Shown here: one piece after another, positions 47,291 to 56,132 of the stretch | How positions within the stretch are numbered: the stretch's first letter is position 1 | Layout of the letters: each line of letters starts with the position of its first letter | DNA from: a virus | IMG/VR virus record: IMGVR_UViG_3300025703_000001 | Coordinates: 1 to 64,000 of that record | Length of the DNA stretch: 64,000 nucleotides | Reading direction: 5' to 3' (one strand) | The notes under the pieces: model-generated | The model's input: only the letters and a program-made list of their open reading frames with translations | Told to the model about the DNA's origin: nothing | The model's database searches: none | Made by a program: the position numbers and the translations under genes

Positions 47291-47490
47291 GCGCAGCGTA
47301 TACGGCCAACGAATCACGGCAATGCAGCGGGAAACATACCTACACAAGTTCGTCCGAGGCCAAGCGTGCAGCGAAACGCACTATGACTAAAGTCGGTGGC
47401 GGTAAGCTCACCTCATATCGTTGCCCCCATTGTCTTTCTTGGCACAATGGCCACACGCCCAGTTGGCGCAAGCACTCCGCAAGTGAGTGA
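47287..47490 (+). CDS. Small zinc-binding phage protein
   Basis: CSGKHTY...YRCPHCLSWH. Confidence 0.65.
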   Translation: MSAAYTANESRQCSGKHTYTSSSEAKRAAKRTMTKVGGGKLTSYRCPHCLSWHNGHTPSWRKHSASE

Positions 47491-47794
47491 CATTGAGGAT
47501 GCCCTGCTCCTACAGATCAAGAAAGCCAAACTGCCCACACCGGAGCGCGAGTATAGATTTCATCCTGTCCGAAAGTGGCGAGTCGATTTCTGTTACCCTG
47601 CGGAAAGCATCGCCATCGAGTGTGAGGGCGGAACTTGGGTTCATGGACGCCATAACCGAGGCGGTGGGTTTGAAAAGGATTGTGAGAAGTACAACGAATT
47701 GGCTCTCGCTGGTTACCTCTTATTTCGGTTCACGTCTTCCATGATTAGCAGCGGCGTAGCTTTGGAGACAATCAGTCGTGCATTTGGACGTTGA
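47483..47794 (+). CDS. DUF559/Vsr-like PD-(D/E)XK endonuclease
   Basis: EYRFHPVRKWRVDF, IAIECEGG, GRH, DCEKYN. Confidence 0.85.
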   Translation: MSDIEDALLLQIKKAKLPTPEREYRFHPVRKWRVDFCYPAESIAIECEGGTWVHGRHNRGGGFEKDCEKYNELALAGYLLFRFTSSMISSGVALETISRAFGR

Positions 47795-47893
47795 AGATCA
47801 CGATATAGACCCCGAATACGAACGGAACGGTGACGCACACTGTCTCCATTGCCGTTTACCCATCCAACTCATAATCGCAGGAGGCACACGAGA

Positions 47894-48205
47894 ATGGCGG
47901 CACCAGCAACAATTCCATATCCCGACGATGAGGGGTCACTAGAGTGGCGAGAACGTGCGGCATGTCGGGGCGTTGATGTCAATGTGTTCTTCCCCCAACC
48001 AGACGACCGTGAGGCCATCAAGCACGCCAAGGCGACGTACTGCGCCTGGTGCCCGGTGCGGCAGGATTGCCTGGAGTGGGCCATCGCTGAGATGGGCATC
48101 GGGACGGCGAACGATGATCTGGGCATCTACGGCGGTCTCACGTTCACGGAGCGACGCAGCTATCACCGGCAACGGCTGACCGCAGCGAGGAAGCATCGTG
48201 GCTAA
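47894..48205 (+). CDS. whiB: WhiB-family transcription factor
   Basis: WRERAAC...FFP...CAWCPVRQDC...GIYGGLT; AGGAGG RBS. Confidence 0.93.
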   Translation: MAAPATIPYPDDEGSLEWRERAACRGVDVNVFFPQPDDREAIKHAKATYCAWCPVRQDCLEWAIAEMGIGTANDDLGIYGGLTFTERRSYHRQRLTAARKHRG

Positions 48206-48407
48206 AAAGGTTAATGACGCCGACAGCGACGCAGCACTACTCCGGACGACGGCCGATGTAGTATCACATTGCCTGACCCAACTGGAGTGCTGTGCTAGTC
48301 GGTGGCCGGAGTACGTGACTGACGCCAGCACAATGCGAGAAATGGTTGAGCGGATGGTTGGACATGCTCGGGAATACGGGTACATCGAGAAGCGAGGCAA
48401 AGTATGA
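48198..48407 (+). CDS. Hypothetical protein
   Basis: Overlap-coupled on both sides. Confidence 0.5.
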   Translation: MAKKVNDADSDAALLRTTADVVSHCLTQLECCASRWPEYVTDASTMREMVERMVGHAREYGYIEKRGKV

Positions 48408-49465
48408 GCATCCCCACAGCGGTCGACGCACTCCTCTCAGGAGAGCCACCCGATCCACTCATTAAGTCCGGGCGGTATCAGATCATCCCCAGCGGCGCGG
48501 ATAAGACAAAAGCGCACACCCGCATCACCAATTTCGCCAAGAAGCTGGAAGACGAGTTTAACATTACGGCGTGGAAGCAACGCATGGTTCTTCTCGGTGC
48601 GGCACAGCGTAGCGACATTACAGTTGCGGCTCTCGCCGCTTCCGATAATCGGAGGGAACTGGACAGCCTGGCCGAAGCGGCCATGGACGCGGCGAAAGCG
48701 AACGTTGCCAGAGAAACGGGATCGGCACTGCATAAACTCTGCGAACGAGTCGATGCAGGAGAAGCGCTGACCCTACCTGAACCGTGGAAGGCAGATATCG
48801 AAGCATACATTGCCTGCCTTGCCGGACTCGGGGCCGCCGTTGAGGAGATAGAGCAGGTTGTCGTCTGTCCAAAACTTGGGTTGGCGGGACGGTTCGACCG
48901 TACCGTAGTTATTGACGATATCAGTTATATCATGGACATCAAAACCGGGAAGGACCTGTCTTACTCTTGGGGTTCCATTTCCATCCAGCTGGCACTTTAT
49001 GCTGGAGCAGCGACGATCTACAATCCAGAGACGAAGCATCACCGACCGATGCCCGAAGTGAATCAGGAGCGCGGATTGGTGTTCCACCTTCAGGCTGGGA
49101 CTGCAAAATGTACCCCGTATTGGATCAACCTTGAGGACGGACGACGCGGGATCGCGATGGTCAGTCAGCTGCTAGAGTGGCGTAAGCAAACTAAGGGATT
49201 TGTCACAACAGCAACGATGCCACGATTCATCGCTCATGCCGATATCCGCGAATACACCATGATGCGCTGCCGCTACGTTATCGATGGTGGCCATGGGGCG
49301 GAGTTGGCGCGCAACTGGCCTGACGACGTAGCGACGCTTAAGTCCAAGGACGATCACTCCGAGGCTGAATTGGATGCTATCTTGGATGTATGTGACACCA
49401 TTGAGGCCCGCCACAAGATGCCGTTCCCAGACTTCACCGATCCGCGGGGACTGGAAAAGTTCTGA
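48404..49465 (+). CDS. PD-(D/E)XK exonuclease (RecB/Cas4-like)
   Basis: GSALH, AGRFDR, DIKTG, QLALY. Confidence 0.88.
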   Translation: MSIPTAVDALLSGEPPDPLIKSGRYQIIPSGADKTKAHTRITNFAKKLEDEFNITAWKQRMVLLGAAQRSDITVAALAASDNRRELDSLAEAAMDAAKANVARETGSALHKLCERVDAGEALTLPEPWKADIEAYIACLAGLGAAVEEIEQVVVCPKLGLAGRFDRTVVIDDISYIMDIKTGKDLSYSWGSISIQLALYAGAATIYNPETKHHRPMPEVNQERGLVFHLQAGTAKCTPYWINLEDGRRGIAMVSQLLEWRKQTKGFVTTATMPRFIAHADIREYTMMRCRYVIDGGHGAELARNWPDDVATLKSKDDHSEAELDAILDVCDTIEARHKMPFPDFTDPRGLEKF

Positions 49466-49501
49466 TGACAAAAACCAACAAACCAAAACAAAGGAAAACA
49501 A

Positions 49502-49951
49502 ATGACAGTTGATCCATCAGTAGACGGCTTCCTCAGCAGTGGTGGAGCCCCATCAGCGAAGTTCCCTGAGCCGGGTGCGACGATCAAGGGCACGATTGAG
49601 GAGGCTGTGGTTTCGCAGCAGACAGACCTTGACGGCAAGCCGAAGACGTGGGACGACGGAAACCCACGCCAGCAGCTCGTCGTCACTCTCGCTACCGATG
49701 AGCGTGATTCAGCCATTGACGATGACAGCGGTACACGCCGCGTCTTCATTAAGGGTCAGATGCTCACCGCCCTCAAGGATGCCCTGAAGAAGGCGGGCGT
49801 GAAAAGTATCGAGGTAGGTGGCACGCTCGCCATCAAGTACACCGAGGACGGCGTTCCCACCAAGGCGGGATTCAATGCTCCAAAGCTTTACGTGGCTCAA
49901 TATAAGCCGCCAGTGTCGGTTATCACTCCCGACGTAGACGAACTGCTCTAA
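49502..49951 (+). CDS. Single-stranded DNA-binding protein (actinophage type)
   Basis: PSAKF..PG..IKGTI, WDDGNPRQQL, acidic tail VDELL; between exonuclease and primase. Confidence 0.7.
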   Translation: MTVDPSVDGFLSSGGAPSAKFPEPGATIKGTIEEAVVSQQTDLDGKPKTWDDGNPRQQLVVTLATDERDSAIDDDSGTRRVFIKGQMLTALKDALKKAGVKSIEVGGTLAIKYTEDGVPTKAGFNAPKLYVAQYKPPVSVITPDVDELL

Positions 49952-49961
49952 TTCAACGCAG

Positions 49962-51962
49962 GTGAGCAGTGCACCCTACCCCATAACCCCGTTAGATGCA
50001 GCCCTGCTCTACGGGGTTATGGGGTGGCGGGTGGCGCCGGTGCGCCCCGAATCGAAGGTACCGGCTATCAATGACTGGCCGACGCGGGCAAGTAGCAATG
50101 CTGACACCATCGGAGGATGGTGGACGAGTACCGAATATGCCAGCTGTGGCGTTTGTATCGTCACGGGCAGGGCGTCGGGACTGTGGGTTTTAGACGTTGA
50201 TGTCAGCGGCGGTAAGCCCGGCATCCAAACGCTGAAGGCGCTGCTCGCTGATCATGGCGATGGATCGCTACCTGAAACCCTCGTGGCTCGGACGCCATCT
50301 GGGGGTTACCACTATTACTGGATCTATCCCGAGGGCGCCGAGGTTCACAACTCAGCGTCGAATCGCCTGGGATCAGGATTGGATGTTCGCGGCGAAGGGG
50401 GTCAGGTAAACGCTCCTCCGACCACTCGGGGCGCGGACTGTTACCGCTGGGCTACCGAACGTGGACCCTACGATGCCGTGGTGGCTGAGGCCCCGGCTTG
50501 GCTTCTTGACCTTGTCATGGACCAATCCACGCCTATGGCGGCACCGCCGAAACCTAGTTTGCGACTGGTCGCTGAGGCGAACAAGCATCTTACCGATGCC
50601 CCGTCCTACGTGACCCGTTACAACGCGGAACATTCTTGGGACGACATACTGATGCGGGACGGTTGGACACTCTCCCATGCCGATCGTGATGGTGTGCGTT
50701 ACTGGACCAGACCGGGCAAGGACGAGCGAGAGGGTATCTCGGCAAGTGTCGGGTACGCAGGCACAGACATGCTCTATGTCTGGACTACGGCGCTCGATTG
50801 GCTGCCAGCCGAACGGGGCTACGATCGCTTCGGTTATATGGTTCATCGGGACTTCGGGGGGGATTTTAGGTCAGCGGGGCAATCGTTGGCACGGCAAGAA
50901 TCCCAGGGGGGGATTTCTGCGGCTGGGTTGGTGTCTGTTAGCCAAGCAAACCCAGAAGTAGCCCCTACGGGCACTACGGACCCCTTAGAATCCATTCTGG
51001 ACGATGATTCGGAACGAAGCCGATACGAATTACTCAAAGTGGACTTCGACCCGGACGGGTCGTTTTGGAACGCCGATCTGAACGATGCTGATTTCCTCAT
51101 TGAACCCCTGATAGCGCGGGGTCGCGGTCATGCTCTTTACGCTGGAGCCAAAACGGGCAAATCCTATATCGTTCTCCATGCTGTCGCTGCCGCCTGTATT
51201 CCCGGACACAAATCGTGGGTAACGACGTTAGCCGATGATCCTGTTTCGATCGTCTATCTGGACTACGAGATGACTGAAGCTGACCTACGTGAACGACTAG
51301 AGATGTTCGGCTATGGCCCTAATGATGACTACTCGCATCTGCATTACATCAAGGCGGGTGCTCTCGGGGCTGACCTGGATACCTACGAGGGTGGCCAAGA
51401 CCTGACCAATCAGGCAAAAGCGTGGGGTGCCCAGTTGGTTATCGTAGATACCCTGAGCAGAGCCGTGCGGGGTGAGGAGAACGACGCTGACACGATTCGG
51501 GATTTCTACCGTTTTACCGGAACGCCACTGAAGGCGAACGGGATAGCAGTCCTGCGCCTTGACCATGCGGGTAAAGAGGCTGAGCGGGGCCAGCGGGGCA
51601 CGTCTGGGAAGAATGACGACGTAGATGTCGTATGGCGCCTCGATAGGACAGACGACGGCGCCAAGTTGACGAATACTCATTCTCGGGTCTTCTGGATGCC
51701 TTCGGAGATTACTCTGCGCTACGAAGAGGACGCTGATGGCGTTCACAACTTCACGCAAGTTCAGGAGTCTCAGACATACACCAGCGGTACGGCAGAGCGT
51801 GCTGATAAGTGGTTGGCTCTCGATATCCCGCTCAACGCTAGCCGACGTCAAGCGAGAGACGCCGGGTTCTCGTGTAAGAACGACGAGTTTGCCTCAGTTA
51901 AGCGATACCTCAAACTGAATAGTCTGGGCAAGATTGACGATCTCATAGGTGGTCCCCAATGA
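49962..51962 (+). CDS. Bifunctional primase-polymerase fused to RecA-family (AAA_25) helicase
   Basis: VLDVD, TPSGGYHYY, LDVRGEGG; AGAKTGKS Walker A, YLDYE, IVDTL, DHAGK, RGTS. Confidence 0.92.
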   Translation: MSSAPYPITPLDAALLYGVMGWRVAPVRPESKVPAINDWPTRASSNADTIGGWWTSTEYASCGVCIVTGRASGLWVLDVDVSGGKPGIQTLKALLADHGDGSLPETLVARTPSGGYHYYWIYPEGAEVHNSASNRLGSGLDVRGEGGQVNAPPTTRGADCYRWATERGPYDAVVAEAPAWLLDLVMDQSTPMAAPPKPSLRLVAEANKHLTDAPSYVTRYNAEHSWDDILMRDGWTLSHADRDGVRYWTRPGKDEREGISASVGYAGTDMLYVWTTALDWLPAERGYDRFGYMVHRDFGGDFRSAGQSLARQESQGGISAAGLVSVSQANPEVAPTGTTDPLESILDDDSERSRYELLKVDFDPDGSFWNADLNDADFLIEPLIARGRGHALYAGAKTGKSYIVLHAVAAACIPGHKSWVTTLADDPVSIVYLDYEMTEADLRERLEMFGYGPNDDYSHLHYIKAGALGADLDTYEGGQDLTNQAKAWGAQLVIVDTLSRAVRGEENDADTIRDFYRFTGTPLKANGIAVLRLDHAGKEAERGQRGTSGKNDDVDVVWRLDRTDDGAKLTNTHSRVFWMPSEITLRYEEDADGVHNFTQVQESQTYTSGTAERADKWLALDIPLNASRRQARDAGFSCKNDEFASVKRYLKLNSLGKIDDLIGGPQ

Positions 51963-52078
51963 CGGGGGACCAGTGGGGACCGGTCCCCCACACTGGTCCC
52001 CCGAAGTGGTGTTTCCCCAGGGGGGTCTATAAGACCCCTGGGGACCACTCGGGACCTGTCGGCGGGGACCAGGGGTCG
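51949..52078. repeat. Probable replication origin: GGGGACC/GGTCCCC iterons around a palindrome
   Basis: About seven copies in both orientations plus CCCCAGGGG..TCT-ATA-AGA-CCCCTGGGG right after the primase-helicase. Confidence 0.7.
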
Positions 52079-52278
52079 TGGCACAGTTGAATGAAACAAC
52101 TTGATTGCGACAACGAAGGGGGATGAATAAATGGAGAAGGTCGAATTGGCGTATGTGGTTTATCTGCGGGTCTACGAGGACTCACCCAAAAGACGGGCTG
52201 ACGCTAAGGCGAAACTGGAGCAGATTTGCGGCTTAGCGTTTCTTGAGTCCAGTGTTGAGGACGCCAACGGTGACTAGC

Positions 52279-52307
52279 TTGCGCGTTGAACTACCGCGCT
52301 GTAGTTT
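52279..52307 (+). promoter_or_regulatory. Promoter TTGCGC-N17-TAGTTT (leaderless)
   Basis: GTG start 6 nt after the -10; same -35 as the Lsr2-like gene promoter. Confidence 0.6.
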
Positions 52308-52313
52308 ATAGTC

Positions 52314-53024
52314 GTGGCCACCAGAAAACCACCGACAGCAGCCGAGGTCCGCAAGGCATTTCGTGCTGGCGTAGATGCAGCGGGACTACCACCAGAGGCC
52401 CGCAGACTTGCGCTAGAGGCATTTAATGAATCAATCCGGATGGGTGGCCCGCAGAAAAAGAACCGTAGACAAATCCAGAATGAGGCGCTAAACGCCGTGG
52501 ACGAACTGATGGTGATCGTATCTGATCCGCTGTTTGAGGATTCGGTGAAGGGGATTATTCTTCGCAATGACTTCACCTCTGGTCAACTCTTTCGTGACCA
52601 TGAATCTATTGAGGATATCATGGCGATCGGATTGAGCGCGTTGCCCCCCACGCAAGGCGACCCGACTGGCGAGGTTGCGATCTGGGCCGAGATGGGTGAT
52701 CGCACCGGCGATACCATTCTGGACATCTGCGAGAGCATGGCCCGTAATCTGGTGAGCGTCAAGCAATTGTTGAATCTTTCTAGCATCGATGTGCGCGAAC
52801 GGGAGGAACGAACTATCCCACGATGCCATGCGTGCGGTGATGAAATCCTGAATCAGAATGAGATGCGGGATGGCGGCTTCGACATTAAATGTGCGGTGCG
52901 ACGTAAGCGATATAAGAACGCTCGGGACTACCGCGGCGACCGTGGAGTCTTCATCGCTTTCGTTAGAGCGGAGCGTGTAGCAAAGGCCGAAACTGACGAT
53001 CTAGTCGAAACCGACGTTGTGTAG
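52314..53024 (+). CDS. Hypothetical protein, possible late-gene regulator
   Basis: 236 aa, CHAC motif, basic C-terminus; between replication and packaging genes. Confidence 0.6.
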   Translation: MATRKPPTAAEVRKAFRAGVDAAGLPPEARRLALEAFNESIRMGGPQKKNRRQIQNEALNAVDELMVIVSDPLFEDSVKGIILRNDFTSGQLFRDHESIEDIMAIGLSALPPTQGDPTGEVAIWAEMGDRTGDTILDICESMARNLVSVKQLLNLSSIDVREREERTIPRCHACGDEILNQNEMRDGGFDIKCAVRRKRYKNARDYRGDRGVFIAFVRAERVAKAETDDLVETDVV

Positions 53025-53108
53025 CATGACCTGCACTTTCGCAAATGTTACAAACCACATTGCTAGTATTACACTTGGCAGGTCTAATCAAAGAACAGCG
53101 GGCTTCTA

Positions 53109-54186
53109 GTGACGGTCAAAAACCTATGCATTGGATGCCTTGACGACTTCGTTGAAGAATGGGCAGATCCGCCATATTGCTACACCTGCTACCTGAAACA
53201 CGAGGAAGCGATTGAGCGTGCTGGCATCCACTACAGCAGCCGTCGCAATAATCAACCCGTAGATTGGTACGGCCCCAAATGGAATAACGGCACCGAGCCG
53301 AACACCATTGAGGCCGAAGAACTCCAGTACGGGTTTGGTGGCGAAGATGAGTACGGTCGCCCGGTTGAGATTCGATTCGATGATGGTAGTCCGATCCTCC
53401 TGGTTGGAGGAGATTGAAGGTTGACGTGGCCAAGCGTGATCTGACTCTGCTGGGAGCATTGTTTGTTACGCAGAAAATCACGCTAGACGAGGCCACTGCG
53501 CTTGCCGAGTATCTTCAGCACGTTGACGTCCAGTACAAGAATCACCCCGAGACGTTGGAAGTTGCCATTGATATGGCGCTCGGATTCTTTCGGGACGATC
53601 CAGACACCGAAGCCGCCAAGACGGCTGACAGCGTGCAAGCTGAGCATGACGAGGAAGCGTGTCCCGACTGCGGTGGGGAAATGATGGATTCCGTCGACAT
53701 GGAACAGGCTGTCGATCTTTGGCTAGCCGTTCGCATGGTAGCCGACAAGTACGCGTTTGACCGTGAGGTTTCAGATCACGGCGAGCAAGAGGAATGCTGA
53801 ACTGGTGTCGAGCGTGGCTATTGCTTGCCCGGTCTGCAATGCGGCGACCCAAGACCATTGTGAGTACCACGGATGTCACTGGCTCAGATGCACCGGTTGC
53901 CGACGATACGGAGATCCAACCAAGGTCGGACGATGGGTTAAACATGGCTGACGATGTCTTGATTGCGAGAAAGCGCGCCGCAGCCGAGGACGCCATACAG
54001 GATCTGATGAGATCCATGTACGGAACCCTTGTGACTGTTGACTGGCTGGTTTTGGCTGACAACGTGGTGAGCGTTGAAGACGAAGACACCCACGTCCTGC
54101 ACCCAGCGTACTCCGCTGGCATGAGTTCGTGGAAAGCCAGCGGCATGGTTCTGACCGGCGTCAAATATTACACAGGTGGGATGTAG
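53109..54186 (+). CDS. Four small hypothetical genes (53109-53417, 53414-53800, ending 53951, 53944-54186)
   Basis: Chained ORFs, several with CxxC motifs. Confidence 0.55.
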
Positions 54187-54719
54187 TGCCAATTCCGTGT
54201 GAATACTGCGGCGCTGAGTTCGTACCAAAGAATTCGCGCAATAGATATTGCGCTGAGAGATGTCAGATTAAGGCTCGTCAGATTCGACAGCGAGAACGTT
54301 ACGCCACTGACAGGGAATATCGTCAGATAATAATCGCTCGTGCCGATGAAAGGGTTCGGCGATTGATCCGGGAAGGTGATCCCGTTTTTCGGGAGCAAAG
54401 GGCGACGTGGCAACGGCTTGCATATCAAACGAACCCATCCAGACGCCAGTCCCGCCTAGAAGCTAATAAGTCTCGTAAGCGTGGGTTAGATCCCGCAGAC
54501 AAGGACACGCTGGATTACATTGAGATCGTCAGGGGAGACCCCTGCTCTTACTGCGGCGGTGATGGTGGTTCGATGGATCATATTGACCCCGTGAATTCGG
54601 GTGGAGATCACCACTGGTCGAATATGACTGGCGCATGTCAGTCGTGCAACTCCAGCAAACGCGAAAGAGAAGATCTGCTTGTGTGGATGTTTGAACGCAA
54701 ACAGATGGCTACGAACTGA
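54186..54719 (+). CDS. HNH endonuclease (packaging-associated)
   Basis: CSYCG...DHIDP...GG...SNMTGACQSCNSSK; near terminase genes. Confidence 0.88.
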   Translation: MPIPCEYCGAEFVPKNSRNRYCAERCQIKARQIRQRERYATDREYRQIIIARADERVRRLIREGDPVFREQRATWQRLAYQTNPSRRQSRLEANKSRKRGLDPADKDTLDYIEIVRGDPCSYCGGDGGSMDHIDPVNSGGDHHWSNMTGACQSCNSSKREREDLLVWMFERKQMATN

Positions 54720-54756
54720 AGACAATAACCGCTCCAAAATAAAGGGAGAGCAAAAT

Positions 54757-54945
54757 ATGAGCACCATCAAGGTTGCCCCTGGCAGCAAGATCCGCGTGAA
54801 GAGTTCGGGAGTTCTCGGCACCGTCATTGACTTGACGCCGCAGAAGACTCCCGGCAAGCGCGGTCGCCCGCCGACGATTGCGTCAGTGGTCCACGACGAT
54901 GCCAGCGAAGCGACGTACGGAGTGCGCGAACTTCAGCTGGTTTGA
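54757..54945 (+). CDS. Small SH3/KOW-like protein with AT-hook
   Basis: GGGAG RBS; PGSKIRVKSSGVLGTV and GKRGRPP. Confidence 0.6.
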   Translation: MSTIKVAPGSKIRVKSSGVLGTVIDLTPQKTPGKRGRPPTIASVVHDDASEATYGVRELQLV

Positions 54946-54946
54946 C

Positions 54947-55000
54947 GAGCGGGGCGGTCGGGGTGCTTGGATAGCGGACCCGACCGCCGCACTCGATTTA
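54947..55000. terminator. Terminator hairpin between convergent genes
   Basis: GAGCGGGGCGGTCGGG...CCCGACCGCCGCACTC. Confidence 0.6.
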
Positions 55001-55375
55001 CGCAGCTACTTGCTGCAGTGTCGTTGCCGATTGCCACTGGCCACGCTCCACATTTTTGGCGTGCGAAGTCCGCTTGAGGGCAGATAGCGTACTCTGGATG
55101 TTGGCCCTTGCGTCGTGACGCCCATGCTTGGCCATCTCGGCAGCGATGTCGTCAACGGTCACCGGTCCTGGTGCGTTGTCGAGAATCGTCTTGATCATCT
55201 GAGTCCGTGAGCCGTGAATCTGCGTGACTCGTGGCTGACGGGCATTGCTCAGGATCACGCCACTGATGGCATCCCTGGCGGCTACGAGGCCGTCAAGTTC
55301 CTTCCGTGTTGCGTTGATCGACCGATCCAACTGGCGAAGTATCGTCGTTGGAGAAGTCTTTGTGGGCTTTGCCAT
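54998..55375 (-). CDS. Winged-helix DNA-binding protein
   Basis: N-terminal coiled coil; IKTILDNAPGPVTVDDIAAEM...IQSTLSAL...VERGQW; AAAGG RBS and TAAAAT -10 upstream. Confidence 0.7.
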   Translation of the reverse strand: MAKPTKTSPTTILRQLDRSINATRKELDGLVAARDAISGVILSNARQPRVTQIHGSRTQMIKTILDNAPGPVTVDDIAAEMAKHGRHDARANIQSTLSALKRTSHAKNVERGQWQSATTLQQVAA

Positions 55376-55505
55376 TGCTTACCTTTCTCAGACGGGCGTT
55401 TCCCATCTGGACTGAACATTTTACCTGCTCTGTCAATGGGTCAACCAAAAACGCAGGATTATTGTTCCCTGGTTGAAACTACAACGATGTCGTTAGGCAC
55501 TAGGA

Positions 55506-56132
55506 ATGGCACGACACGGACCCGATAAGGACATATGTGGCGCCCAGCGTGCCAACCAGCCGGAGGGTGTCGTTTGCCAGAACGTCGCAGGTGAACGTAC
55601 TGATCACCTCGGAATCGGCAGGTGCTACCGTCATGGTGGATCTACCGAATCGCACAACAAGGCGGCGCGGGTGGAAATCTTAGACCGTGATGCCCGCAAG
55701 TTGTTGGCGATAGAAGGCTTTGAGCCGATCGTTGATCCGTTCACCGAACTGTCTGAGCTGGCTGGTGAGGTCAAGAAGCTCAAGAATGTGTTGCGGGACA
55801 AGGTCGAGGAACTGACCAACCTGAAGGACGTTGGTGGCAAGAACGTCGCCACTCAGATCGACGTGCTGTTTCAAGCGTACGAACGGTCGATTGATCGCTG
55901 CGAGCGCATCCTGATGGGTATGGCGAGACTGGATCTTGAGGACCGCATCGCTCGGCTGCATGCCCGCATTGACTCAGACACCGCCGACCAGATCGTTAGC
56001 GCCATGACCGCATCGCTTGAAGGCGTGGACATTTCCGACGCTGTTCGTGAGGCGATTATCCTTGACTTTGGAACCCGACTTTCAGGTGGTCAGCAACCTG
56101 GTCGCCAGCAAGCTGTCGGCGCAATCGGTTAG
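55506..56132 (+). CDS. Terminase small subunit
   Basis: CGA...C...GRCYRHGGST (HGGxST zinc motif); overlaps large subunit start. Confidence 0.75.
   Translation: MARHGPDKDICGAQRANQPEGVVCQNVAGERTDHLGIGRCYRHGGSTESHNKAARVEILDRDARKLLAIEGFEPIVDPFTELSELAGEVKKLKNVLRDKVEELTNLKDVGGKNVATQIDVLFQAYERSIDRCERILMGMARLDLEDRIARLHARIDSDTADQIVSAMTASLEGVDISDAVREAIILDFGTRLSGGQQPGRQQAVGAIG

Noticed and set aside
48404-49465. Cas4-like nuclease as a sign of a CRISPR system
   Set aside because: No repeat-spacer array or other cas genes seen; context is recombination and replication
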